DNA of 64,000 nt from Lama glama (taxonomy: Eukaryota): assembly GCA_028534125.1 (NCBI GenBank), contig CM052816.1, forward strand, positions 71,922,001-71,986,000, given 5' to 3'. The first letter of the stretch is position 1. Each line of letters starts with the position of its first letter. A model generated the notes under the pieces. That model searched no databases. It worked only from the letters and a program-made list of their open reading frames with translations, and had not been told where the DNA came from. Both the position numbers and the translations under genes were made by a program. This document shows positions 26,837 to 39,587 of this stretch, in pieces.

Positions 26837-26880
26837 TCGATGTGCATGTCAAATAAAGTCTGTCAAAGCTCTTTCTCATA
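26837..26880 (+). other. candidate short terminal exon
   Basis: acceptor gatttttttttctctacag|; in phase 1 it reads (V)DVHVK* with TAA (26854-26856) inside AATAAA (26852-26857); T/GT-rich sequence downstream. Confidence 0.25.
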
Positions 26881-27469
26881 ACATAAATTCCAGATGTTTT
26901 TGGCTTTCCCAAAAGGAAGATGTAATAGGTTTGCTTTTACTAATACACTGAGATAATGAAAATAGAAGTATGGCTATAAAGTCCTTTTATATGCTTTTCA
27001 TGTTGAAGTATGTAAGCCATAATATGTGTTTCTGTTCTTCCTAAATGAGGTCTATATGCGGGGGGGGGGGAGGGGATTTAAAGTGGGAAGAAAATGGAGT
27101 TGGTATTAAGCCAAGCTAAAACCTAGCTACTTATGATGAAGAAAAATCAAAAGGATAAAATATACTGTAACTTTACACTTCACATTGTCTTCATTCATTC
27201 TGTATTCAGGAGTCATTTATTAGGAATCCATTGTGCACTCAGCACTATGTGATAAGCAAAAGGCAGAGCAAATATTCTATAGGAGGAGACGGGGCTATTA
27301 GCACGAAAAAATTAGTGAAATAGTCAAAGGCAACATATAAACAAATGTAAGATAGGCATCACTAAATATCTGAGTAATAAAACAAACAAACAAACAAAAT
27401 CAGCTGAAAGGAATAATCTCTTGGCTTGGGGTTAATCTAGGAAAACACTAAGGCAGATAGAGTCTAACA

Positions 27470-27623
27470 CATGGACCTCAAACTAGCACAGCGTCACATG
27501 GGAACTTGTTAGAAATGAACATTTTCAGACCCACCAGATCTACTGAATCATAGTTTGCGGCTGGAGCCCAGGAACGTGTACATCAGCAAAGTGACCCTGA
27601 AGCACACAGCGGTTGGAGAACTG
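27470..27623. mobile_element. MER5A-like MITE
   Basis: 'cagcgtcacatgggaacttgttagaaatgaacattttcagaccc...tactgaatca...ggagcccaggaa...ttggagaactg'. Confidence 0.75.
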
Positions 27624-28341
27624 GGGCAGGGAACCGCTCCACGTGAGGGCGCTCACTCGTCTGCCGTGAGCTACCATTGCATGTCCTGTGTGACTCAGAC
27701 ACAGGATCTTCACCCAAATTATTCCCCAAATAGCCCTCAGTACCAAAGTCCTATCACTTAAATTTTCTGTCCTTGAGCACAGCTATGAGGAAAACCTGAT
27801 TTCAGACAAGGTCAGCACAGAATAATTTTTTTTTCCTCCCCAGAAAGTCATGAAGCTGAGGGCCATGTCGCTCCCCACTGCTCTGGGATTCTAATCAGTG
27901 ACTGATGTGAGTATAAAATGACCCAACTGTAGCTGTTAGTCTCTCTGGGAAGGTTTTCAAGACAGCTCGTGATGTGTTTACCAAATTCATATGTGCTCTT
28001 TCAAAATGTGTCACATTCAAATCATATGGTCTTTGACCTAAAAGGGAATCTCTGTCTGTCTGTCTGTCTCAAACCTATTTGCATTATACTTGAATTTCTT
28101 CTTTCACTCTAAAGTATTATATAAAACTCAAATTTACTTTCTCCATGGGATTCTGACGTTTTGTGTACTTTAAGAGCTTTTTTTTTTTTTAATGGAGTCA
28201 GGCTATTACAAATTTATCTTTTGACCTGGAGGTTTTTTCAATTTACCTGAACTGTTTGATATGAAATATAAAAAGTTTCTCATTTAATTTGTCTTTGTTC
28301 TTTCGATTCCTAACTTCCATGATCTATCTTTGGTTTAAGTC

Positions 28342-28541
28342 TTTGGCTCTTATCAGGTACAATTTCTGACCCTTGGGGACATGTGGCAATGTCTGGAAAC
28401 ATTTTCAGTTATCACAATGGGGGGCTGGTGCCACTGGCATCTAGAAGGTAGAGACCAGGATGCTACTTTAACATCCTATAATATTCAGAGCACACAGACA
28501 ATTCTGCCCCAAAATTCAGTTGTGGGAGGTAGAGAAACTAT
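28342..28541 (+). mobile_element. MER20 hAT-Charlie element
   Basis: 'ggggacatgtggcaatgtctggaaacattttcagttatcacaa...actggcatctagaaggtagagaccaggatgct' matches the MER20 consensus. Confidence 0.85.
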
Positions 28542-28824
28542 GGTTTACTTGGAGTCTACTCTGTATAGGGGAGAAAAACTGGACAACCAACCAAGCAAAT
28601 GAAAACAAAGCAAAATAAAAGATGTGGTAGGATTTACCAATGTGCATGCCCCCAAACTTTCAGGGGTTCCTTTCTGAGACCAATACTGACTTTGTTGTGC
28701 CTATGCAACCTCTCTTTTAAAATGAAAATCCTTTCCCTTATTAAAAAAATTGGGGGAAAGAAATTATTGCTGGACACTTGCGGATACAGTTGGCAGTAAA
28801 TCTTCTCAGTCACAAAGCCACAGA

Positions 28825-28980
28825 GTCACAGAACTTTTGAATTGTAAACGCCTCAGAGTTCCTCTAATCCATCACCACCACCACCATCATTTTATAGATT
28901 GAGAACAGAGGCGAGGTGAGATGCCCATGCACACGCACTTTCTCCCGCTGGGGATAGGGTCGTTCAGATCTCGACATGGC
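28825..28980 (-). mobile_element. MIR fragment (CpG-rich)
   Basis: 'cacagaacttttgaattg...catttttatagattgagaacagaggc'-type antisense MIR core. Confidence 0.5.
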
Positions 28981-28999
28981 CTCTGCGATCCTCCCCCTC

Positions 29000-29133
29000 C
29001 CTCACCGATTTCTCTCTTCCTTGGGGTCTGATTCCAAGACCTCTGCGGATACCGAAACTCGCGGATGCCCAAGCCCTTCAGTCTCCTTCCGCATCCGCGG
29101 ATGCGGCACCCGTTGATGCCTTGTGCCGTCTGT
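29000..29133 (+). mobile_element. MER2/MER8-family (TcMar-Tigger) internally deleted MITE
   Basis: 'ggggtctgattccaagacctctgcggataccgaaactcgcggatgcccaagccc' resembles the MER2 5' part; 'ccgcggatgcggcacccgttgatgc..gccgtctg|ta' resembles the MER2 3' TIR followed by TA. Confidence 0.7.
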
Positions 29134-29430
29134 ATATTGTCATTTCCCGTCTACCTCGCTTCAGCGGTCTCCTTCCCAGTTTCTTTCCTCTCTCCTGCTT
29201 TTGTCCAGGTTCCAACATACTCTCAACCCTTTTTTTTTTTCTTCTTCTTCTTCTTCACTTCTTACTCTTAAAACCATGCAACTTCGTACATTGCTGATAA
29301 TCCGGCTATGTGTTATGAGAAGAGTTCTTCCTTTGTGTAAGATAGCCGCTTGGAATCACTCAGAAATTAGGATTAATCTAGTTCTGGTTTTGAAAATTCT
29401 TTTTTTTTTTTTCTGCTCTCTTGCTCCAAG

Positions 29431-29531
29431 GAGACTACAATCCTGGACTTGTACATGGGGAAAAGGAAAATCAGAGCCTAGCATTGAAATTACCTCATAT
29501 GCCGCCGTAGGAAAAAAAAATCAGGAGGTAG
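29431..29531 (+). other. candidate exon (coding status unknown)
   Basis: long T/C tract ending ctccaag|; tandem donors GAG|gtaggt (29527) and TAG|gtgagt (29531). Confidence 0.3.
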
Positions 29532-31884
29532 GTGAGTGCCTCTCAGTGCACTCCCCTCTTTCTAATTCGCATAGCAAGAAAAAAGAAGGTTTAGATTAAA
29601 AGGAAATTAGCTGTTCGTTTGTTATTTGTCAGTAACAGTGAGGAGGAAGTTTGCACGTGCCAGGCATCTAATGATAACTATCCGCTGCATGTTCAACAAA
29701 ATAATTGAATAATTTAAATCTTTTTTTGTCTTTCTATTTTCTTCTTTATCATTAGTCCCAGGTAACTTCCATCCAGATTTTGTTCCTTTTTTAGACAAAA
29801 AGATGTATAGTTAAGATTATTCAAAGCCAAACACTGATAAAGGTCAATAATTATTTAATTGGAATTATGCCAAATGACATGACATACGTTATGTTTGCAT
29901 TGAGTTCTGTATTTGGATGCACTATGTTTTATATTTTCTATTGCTATATAGCACCCTGTTCACAATGGCAAGGAATCATCTAATCTGCCAGCTTCTGAAT
30001 ATTAATATTGACGATACTGGCTTGTATTTGCTTGGGTCATGAAGATTTAATAATTTAACAATAGGTCATTGGAGTTCTGTTGTGACATCAAATAATTACA
30101 GAATTTATGTTTATCTGTGGCAAAACCATCATAGAATCCTAAATTCTACTTATTGCCCTTTATCTTAATGCTTACTGTTACCCTTTCTCAATATGTTTTC
30201 CCATCATGAAAATTAACCCACTCTATATCTTTCTGGAAGGAAAATAAACTGCTCCCTTGCCAAGCCGTTCATTATGCTGCTTGTCTTCTTCATGAATTGT
30301 GATCTAACAGTCACCCAGAAAAAAGCCCAAGCCTTTGAAGTGTTGTGCTAATTTGATTAATACGTAGTTACATCCTGTTATGATGCACTTTGCCTTATGC
30401 ATTTTAAATGGAAAATGCTGAGTGGATTACATTTGTGTTTAAAACACAGCATACTAAATGAAAAGTACTGAAAGCAGTCTATAATAACAAGGTCTGTAAC
30501 CACTTTGAACATGCAGAAGGTTATTGTTTGTAGGTTAATGATAATTATATGAAAATACATGTTTTTACAACAGTTAAGATGTCAATAAAAATACTGGTGA
30601 GGTTAATATAGCTGCACTGAAAAATATTTATTCTACCAGTAATTTAAAAGGAATTCTATAAATATCCTAATCAATTGTCTACATTATGTGTGTATGCATC
30701 TAGACACGTATGTAAGCCATCCATAAATTCTTTGGGAAAAAAATCGTCCAAGTACATCCTAAAATACTTAGGAAATCAAAGGATAAGAGACTACTTTCCT
30801 AGAAAGAGGTTCATGTTTTCATGCTTATTACTGAAAGGAAAGTAGCAAATTGCAGGATCGCTAGAAATGACAGAGTTACTTTCGTGTGGATCTTACTAAG
30901 ATTCAGTGGTTCAGGGTAGGTTGATGAAAGGAAGAGATGAATCTAGATTTGTCCAAAGTTTTTCATTTTGTGTCAATCTGATTTTCATCTCTACAGGCAT
31001 TGTAAAGTATCCTGACACTGCATTCTTAACATACACCAAAAATGGATGCTAATGATTTTAAGGATGCCTTCAAATGTGTCTTTCTGATACGGTAAAAAGT
31101 TGATGAATATCTTACATCCTCATTTTTGAAGACACATGCTCAACTCTTTTTCCGTCTGGAACATACATTTTTATGGTTACAGAACATTTCCCCTTCCATT
31201 TCACTCGTTACAGTGACCAACAGTGGTTTACAATAGTTTACAATGGCTTAAAATGGCTTACTCTCTTTAAGTACTTTCATTCAGACTTCTTTCGGCTTTC
31301 ACACCAACCTTACTGAATCCTGCCCCCAAATCTATTGAATAAACCCTTTGGCAGTTGGTTAAAATTCATGATTGTGCTCTCCACTGGGTCAGACAATCTC
31401 AAGAGCTGAAGAAAAGCAGCAAATGCTTTCATGGTATCTCACCAAATTTGCTGTCTGGTCATTCCTGTCTGGTCACTGGTATTTCTCACCTAGAATCATT
31501 CAGAAGTTCTGCCCTTTCTTAAATGTGAAAATAGCTGCTGTTTCTAAAACCTAAAATATAACTAGAAGAAAACTTTCTGTCTGTGTACTTTCACCCTATT
31601 TGTCCAAATTCATGCACGCACACACACGCACAAAACTATGAGATAATAAGCTCTTCAGATATTTTTGAAGTTGAAGCAGAATCTTTTCTCCATATTGAAG
31701 AATGTGCCAGGTTGAAATGAAGTAGCGGCACAGAAGAGTGAAGTTTACAGGGAGTCCCTAAGTTTCTGTGTCCACTTCTCTTAGTAGTCAGTTCTGTGTC
31801 TTTGGGGTAATAAGATATAGTTTTCCCAGACTTCTGACTCATCATTTTAATGGCTACTCATTAAAATATATTTTATAATGATCT

Positions 31885-32280
31885 TTAAATATTTTTGACT
31901 ACTGTCCACAACAAGAGATACATTTTACCTGGTGACCAAGAACACACATACACATAACATATACAACTAAAGCAAGATTTTCATAAAACAGTACTTACTC
32001 TTATCATTTGCAGTGAATATTGATATTTTCTATGCTATTTATTTTCATTATGATCAGCACGTGTTTTGACCTGCTCCATTTCTGACCTGGGTGGGTTCAC
32101 CCCTCCTTAGGCAACCCAGTGGTCCCTGGCTCCCAGGAAGTCACCACATTGATGCTGAACTTAACTGCAAATACCCGACTGGCACAGCACACCACAGCCC
32201 AAGACTCTTGGGCTCAAGCTGTTTTAATTCTGGTTACAGCGAATTAGGTTTTTCTCTTAGTGTTTGAAAAACACTGGGCT
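31885..32280. mobile_element. hAT-Charlie (Charlie4/MER119-like) remnant split by a 7SL retrocopy
   Basis: 'agagatacattttac...aaaacagtacttactctt...tgatattttctatgctattt' left of the 7SL; terminus 'gtttgaaaaacactg' to its right. Confidence 0.5.
32051..32219 (-). pseudogene. RN7SL: 7SL (SRP RNA) pseudogene, S-domain portion, truncated at both ends
   Basis: reverse complement reads GCTTGAGCCCAAGAG..TGGGCTGT..AAGTTCAGCATCAATGTGGTGACTTCCTGGGAG..GGGACCAC..GGTTGCCTAAGGAGGGGTGAACC..CCCAGGTCAGAAATGGAGCAGGTCAAAAC..GTGCTGATCA, colinear with 7SL ~nt 60-230 with CpG decay. Confidence 0.93.
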
Positions 32281-33524
32281 AATGAGATTTAAAACACAGT
32301 CTATCACCACCCTCCTCCCAGTGGACTATGTGATTGTGCTGTTTCTGATGGATTCTGATAATATATTTGCTCACTTTTGCCATGAAGGTCATCACATTGT
32401 ATCAACTCTCTTTGGGCATAGGATGGCTTTCCTATTTTTCTACTTAGAAATTCTCTGTTTTAGCATTATAACTTCCTGGTCCAGACTGATAATTATTGGT
32501 CTCTATTCACATTGTATCATTTCCCCATATAACATTGGCAGATTATATTGTGGGGTTTTTTTTAATACCCTTTTGAAAATGTAAAAAGAAAAGCTGTTAT
32601 AGATATTGAAAGTTGTTTGTATCATGGAAAAATTATTTCACTTAATAATTGACAGATAAATAAATGACCTACCTGTGGTACCCTAAGAATTTAGTATTTG
32701 ACAACCACAGATCAATTTGAGTCTAATTTCATCATCACATTCTTCCCCAAGAAAAACCAAATATATAGCATAATTGTTTCAGATATTGACAGCTCATCTG
32801 TTCTGAGCAGTAAGATTTGACACAAGACTTGACCCACCTAAGCCTGAAGGACTATAGCTAGTACACTCAGTAATACAAAAGGAGAAAAGAAAAAAAGGGG
32901 AAATAACTCTGAGGACTGATTTGAAAGTGTCAATATGATAAGAACAAAACGAGATGCAGATGGGAGCACATAGCTCAACTAATTCATGATACATGTTCTT
33001 GACATTGTTAGGACATACTGGGTCTAATAGAATGAATATCTTCATTGTCTCCTATTTGCCATCTCCTCTATAAAATTGGAAATCTCTTCAGCACAGAGCA
33101 TCACATAGTACGGTGCCTTGTACAGAATAGGTGCTCAATAAATGTTTGTTATTTAGATGTGATTTATCTCCTTTGTATGTTCTCAAACACTAAATGCTGC
33201 CACTTTAGCACATGTGAAACCATCTCCAAAATTTTCTCTTGAAGTTGTGAAAATCAGCCTAAGACCGTGTATGAAATCTTATAAATTTTCTGGATAATCT
33301 GGTGTAAAGAGGAAAAAATGGGTTCAAACCTAATTATCTATAACTGAGTGTTTCTGCCATCTCTTGTCCCTGCCCATGCCACCCAAGCCATAGCTGCTTC
33401 CTAAACTGTAGCTTAAGTCTGTGAGTCTCCTGCTTCATTGTAAATGAGCATTATAATTCAGTTAGGGTGAGAATAAATGACCTAGACTTTTACCACCTAA
33501 AAAGGCTGTTTAGTTCTTTTACAT

Positions 33525-33813
33525 TGGTGCTATCCAATAGAAATATAACACAGGCTACATGTGTATTTTTAATTTCCAGTAGTCCCATTTTAAAAAACTA
33601 GAAAGTCACTGTTGAAATTAATTTAACAATATTTTGTTTTGTCCAGGATATTCAAAATATTATGGTTTCAACATATATGATCATATGCAATCAACATAAA
33701 ATTATTAATTGGGTGTTTTACATTCAAAATGCAGTGTGCACAGCTTAGATTAACCACATTCAAAACGCCCAGTAGACACATGTGGCTAATGGCTATCGTT
33801 CTGGACAGTGCAG
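33525..33813. mobile_element. MER33-like hAT-Charlie element
   Basis: 'gtgctatccaatagaaatataa' ... 'acacatgtggctaatggctatcgttctggacagtgcag' terminal motifs. Confidence 0.8.
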
Positions 33814-34523
33814 TGCTAGACCACTCCACCTGATGACTTTGGGGGTGAACCAGGGCTGATCTCCTTGGATAGAGGTAACATTCAAAATTTTCAAAGTTTA
33901 AAAGCAAACTTTGGGTTAGTTATTGAAAGACAGAGAGCCCTTGTCAACATTAGGATATTATGTCTTCTCTCCCACACACTCACATCCTTTCCAAATTTCC
34001 TATTGATTATTTCCCCGGCATGAAAGAGGCAGGAAACAGGAATATCCTTTCATGGATGTGGTTGCCATCTTGACTGGTGTGGTTAGCACTAAATCCATTA
34101 GCATTAATACTCCTTAAAAGAAGCTTTGGATAAGTAGCTTTAAAAGTCTGGATAATCAACAAAGAAATAGATTTTCTTGGGGGAGGGTGCAATTGTTTGA
34201 AGACAGGAAGGAGGCGGAGGTGCTGAGTCACAGTACACAAAATTGATCCTGAAAAAGATATAGGGACCCAGGGATAATTGAATTAATTGCCAGGGTCTTT
34301 GAGCCCCGCCTTCCTATTGGCCCCATTTTCTTTCTATGACCCTCCCAGCCTCTCTTAAACTCATTCAGCCTGTGAGCAGCCACGGCACATTGATGGGCTG
34401 TGTCTGAGCCAGGTCAGTGAATGTGTCCCAGGTAATTCTAAATTAGATTCCTTTTTTTTTTTTAACTAGAGTTTTAGCTTTCAAAATGGTCCCCTAAGTT
34501 GAGGTCAGCATGGATCTCACAGA

Positions 34524-34863
34524 GCAGAACATCTCAAACTTTAGTGTGCATAAGCATCATCTGGGAAACCTTGCTAAAATGTAAATTCTGATTCTGGAAT
34601 TTGGAGGTGGGGCCAAAGAGTCAATCATGCCTATGATGTTGGCTCTGGGACCACATGTTGTATAGCAAACTCCTGTATCAGTGGTTCTTATCCCTCTCTG
34701 TACCTGAAAATTACCTACAAAACTTTTAAAAAAACAACTAGTGCTCCTTCCCAGATCAATTAAATCAGAATGGGGGAGGGGGTGAAGTGAGTGGAGCAAG
34801 TAATAAAACTTGGTAAAATCTCCCTAGGTGATTAAAATGTGTAGCTATGTTTGAGACCCACTG
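34524..34863. mobile_element. two adjacent MER5-family MITEs
   Basis: 'tctcaaactttagtgtgcataagcatcatctgggaaaccttgctaaaatg..attctgatt' and 'cagtggttctt...ccctaggtgatt...tttgagacccactg'. Confidence 0.7.
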
Positions 34864-35039
34864 ATCTATATTCTAATGCTAGTGAATGAAGTTTTCCTCA
34901 TGTATCTGCCCCATTCCATCAGCTGCCAAGCAAGCTACTAACAAGCCACTTAATCCCTCACCCCACTCTCTGGTACTTGGTCGGCTCAACTTTCAGTTTC
35001 TTATTCTCTGTTGCATCATTCCTCCTCCTCTACTGGTTT

Positions 35040-36330
35040 TCAATTCAATTCAACCACGTAAGTATTGGTGAGTTGCCTGATACATTCCATGGAGGAGTTA
35101 GGAGAACCAAACTCCCTACATCCTAGGAAATTTGGATCTTATTGGGGGGAAATTTGGATCTTACTGGGAGAATTTTGGAAATTATTGTAAAGTACTTCAA
35201 CTTATCACACTCAAATCCTACCCAGAATAGTGTTGTTGATTTCCAGGAAGTAGAGGTCTAGACTAAGTTTGTTAGGAAAAGCTTTTTAAATCTGATGGAA
35301 CTCAAGGTCAGAAAGTACCTTTGAATCTCAATAGTGAGGGCTCAACTCAACTAACATGGGAGACTTCAACAACTGAAGAGGGGCTTTTAAGATCAGGTCT
35401 GGGAGATTGAAGATCCTAGGAAGTTCAGAACTTAGTTGCTAGAGGGGAAAAGGAAAAGAGATTGCTAAGAGATATCGGGAGGGGTTTTAGAAAATGTAGC
35501 CATGTCTCCAGATACTCCTGATGGCTTCCGATGAGGAGAGTGATGGTCAAAGACAAGTGCATGCACACACATTGAAGAGGACTGGACTGAGGGACATCCA
35601 AAGTGAGTTTGGGAGGTTTGAATGCACTGGAAGGAATAGACAGATTTTGGATAGGGCAAGAAAACATATGGGTTATTTCCGGTTATGAAACCTGAATTCC
35701 AGTCAGAAATTGGAATTGTGTATGCAGGGCTCAGGAGGGAAAGTGACATTGTCGGAACCAAAGGAGACTAATGTAAGACCAGAGTAGCCAAACTGAGGAG
35801 CTCTTTGAAAACTGGACTTTGTCATAGTTGGAGCTAATCACAAGTGTTATTTCAACTTCTAAACATGAAAATATCTTAGTTATATTAATTGTGTGGCAGT
35901 TTAAGGGCATAGTAGTGGCTGAATTACCTGTAGAAGATGCCCAGTTATAAAAATAAATTTGAAATATTGAAACCCAAGTAAGGTAGAAATGACAGCTGGA
36001 TGCTGGGCTGATGGCAGGTTGAAAAGATGGGATGGAGGGATGAATGTTGATAGGCGTTATTGGGAACATCCCCATGACTTAACAATCTAGTAACACCAGC
36101 CCCACAAAGGTACACACTGAGAAGGAAGATTGACTTGGGGTGGAAACAAAGTGAGTTCTGGTTTGAATATGCCAGATTTGAAGTGACCGCCAAGAGAAAA
36201 TACCCTGAAGATTTGTGAATATGTGAGATTGTGTGGAAGATCTCTGGGTGAAGATAAAATGTGCTCTGACCCAAATAACTCGTGAGCAATGTGAACGATT
36301 TAGAAAAACATAGGGACAATGGGGACAATT
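35040..36330 (-). mobile_element. L2 LINE remnant (possibly with small inserts)
   Basis: purine-rich antisense L2 motifs, e.g. 'aaggtagaaatgacagc', 'gtgagttctggtttgaatatgccagatttgaagtgacc'. Confidence 0.55.
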
Positions 36331-39091
36331 CCAAAACATGGGGTAGAATCCTTGAATGCAGTGTCCTTTTCCTCTACTAAGATGTAAATGAATTCAGTCC
36401 ACCGATTCCTCTACCTTTCCAAAGACTAAAAATGAAAGGATTCCATGATCATTTCTGCTTGGCATCTTCCAGATAGAACACTGGTACTTCTAGGCAACGT
36501 AGGCTAGCAGTGACCGCCCTGAGGAAACTTTGCAGCCATGCAAGGGGTTTCTGGTGGCCTCAATTTTTTAATTAAGTGAACTCAGCCTTGTAATTCCCGT
36601 TTTTCAGCTTGTGATTCTGCACTCCATTATCTTAAGCCAAATGCCCACGATCCAGAGAACATTTCGCTTGCTGGATAAATGTAGCCACCAGGCTTGCTCA
36701 GCGCCCGAATGGGTCTAGCTATTTATATAGTCATTCTTTCTTTTATTTGACAGATTTAAATATTTTGGGCTAACATTCATGATTTTCCTTTTCTCTTTTC
36801 TTGGTGGTAGGAAGATTAATACCCATGAAACCTCTAAAGAGAAGTGGGATTTGGTAGATGTCAATATATAATCAAACCATTTTTCCTCCTGTATCTCTAG
36901 CTGAGTTATCTCCTTTTATTTTTCTTACTGTCCACTGTAGGACTTATCCATTAATATTCTAAGAATAATTTGGCTCAAAACCAGGAATTGTTTGTGGAAG
37001 AAGAAAAATAAAATAATTCTTTCCAAATTAATCCAGCTACATAGTAGTAGAAGTATATAGTGTTTAATAGGGTCAGATAGTAAAAATTTCAAATAATCCT
37101 AATTTTTAGTCATTACTGATCTTCATTGTATTTGAAACCATGTCTATCAACACACTATATTAGTAAGAAATCAATTCATCCAGAGTATTTCTATTTTTAT
37201 GCTCTAAAAATATTTACATGGGAAAATTGTTCTTCAAACAAGATAAACATGATTTAGAAAAGAAGGTTTGTAGATACTGAAAAATACAGAAAATTAATAG
37301 AAGTAAAACATCTTTAAGTATATGACAGCAAGTTGATATTGAATTCTTGCCAATGACATAAAATTGCAGAAATTACACAAAGCACTGGGGGAGAAGGACA
37401 CTGTTAATCAAATATGTCAATGTATCTTTGTGGCTGATAGCTAACAAGTAAGTACTGACCTAAATTTTACTGGAGAGCGTTTTAAAAGCATTAAGCATGT
37501 GCTGTTTACTTAGTTGATGCAATAAATATAAACATGCTTTGAGTTCACAGTAAATCCAAAGTACAGACCTTAAATAATTCTAACATTTTAAATCAAATTG
37601 ATTAATCACTAAAATACATTAGAAGAAACCGTTTCAGCAAATTTTTTGTGAAAAAGGTCTTTTAGTCAAATTCAGTTCCTGCATTTCTATCCGCTGCATG
37701 TGTAATTCATGAAGCTTTAAACAGTATGAGATTATAGATAGCTAAACTGACATTTGTACTTTCACTTAGCAGCCTGAATAATCGGCACACTCTAAGCTTT
37801 TTAAATGTTAAAGCAATCATTGCCTTGAATTCATCTTGTGATGTCATTGCCACTAACAACTGATATAATAAATCTGAAGTATATGAAAGCTTGGAAAGAA
37901 TATTAGAAATATGTCTCATTTTAAATACATAACAATTAAATGATATACAACACGATGTACGTTCTGATCCATCTATTAATGAAATGCTCTTTAGAAGTGT
38001 GATGTATCACCGCTACTTTTGTATGTCTGACCTTGCAGAGATTTTCATTTAAATATCTTTGTGCTTTTAGTTCAGTCAGAAAGAGTAATATTACTATACG
38101 CATGAGAAGAATATGTATCGAGTGTATTTGTGTTAATGGATGTGTACACAAGTGATAACTACATTTGCAACCCGTGGAAGGAACGCCAAAGCATACCCCG
38201 TATTTGTATTATATCAGGCCATAAATTGTAGATCTCATATTCACAGGTTGAAAGACATAATAGTCATTAACTAGTCCATGCTAAAATAACCTGAACTAGT
38301 TAACTATGGACTTTTCGTTCTTGAAAGTGGTGTGTGTGCTCACTCACACGCTTAATTTAGAAGCTGAGCATATTCATGGATAGGACTCTTTGCACCAGTT
38401 AAATGGGGCCACCCATGTAGTCACTCAGGATTCTTCCAATGAATCCATTTATCTCTGCTACGAAGATGGGCAATAACCAGCCATTTGGAAGAGTAATATA
38501 ATAGTCCCCTTTCCATTATCATCAGAGGTGTTTGGCAGACACGGCATGGTTTACTTACTTCCTCCCACCCACTTGGGTCCAAGTAGGGCATGTTCGCACA
38601 GTATCTACTCCACTGGTCCAAGTTCCCATTAATCAATAAGTAGGCCAGCAGAAGTCTTATCTGTGTTTTTGTAGTATTGAGGGGGTCAGGAATAACATTT
38701 TTTTTTAAAGTTTAAAGATGTTCTTGCATGATGAGAAGATTAATTTCTGGCAAGTTCTATCATCCCACACTCCAGACAGCTACAGCCAATTTGTGAGAGC
38801 GTATAAACAATTGAGCCAAAATAGCCATACAGGATTATAACATTTCCTGAAAGTAAAACTTGAACAGCATTGCAGAGTTAAATCTGAATACACACAATCC
38901 TTTATTATCTGAATTCTTATTCCAGAGCTGATATTTCAGATCTTATACCAACTCTAAATTGAAAAGATTTTTTTTCTAATCTAGAAATTCTCCCACCCCA
39001 ATCATTCTCCCCATTCTCCCATCTCAATCATGGTGTACTTTGACATACCAAATTTTTGACATAAAATTTGAAAGAAGGTGAATGTGGAACC

Positions 39092-39549
39092 TTTTCTAGT
39101 TGAAGTAAATTGATCTACAATATTATATTAGTCTCACATGTACAACATCATGATCCAATATTTTATAGGTTATACTCCATTTAAAGTTATTATAAAATAT
39201 TGACTATACTCCCTGTGCTGTACAATAGATCCTTGTAGCTCGTTTACTTTATACGTAGTGGTTTGTGCCTCTTAATCTTCTACCCCTATCTTGTCCCTCC
39301 CCTCTTTTCTCCTCACTGGTAACTACTAGTTTTTTTCTCTGTATCTGTAAGTCTGTTTCTGCTTTGTTATATGCATTTGTTTTATCTTTCAGGTTCCATA
39401 TATAAATGATAATGCACAGCATTTGTCCTTCTTTGCCTGACTTAACTTCACTAAACAAAATACCCTTCAGGTCCATCCATATTGTTGCAAATAGCAGAAT
39501 TTCATTCTTTTTATGACTGAGTGATATTCCATTGTGTAGTTTGATAGAT

Positions 39550-39587
<38 letters not shown>

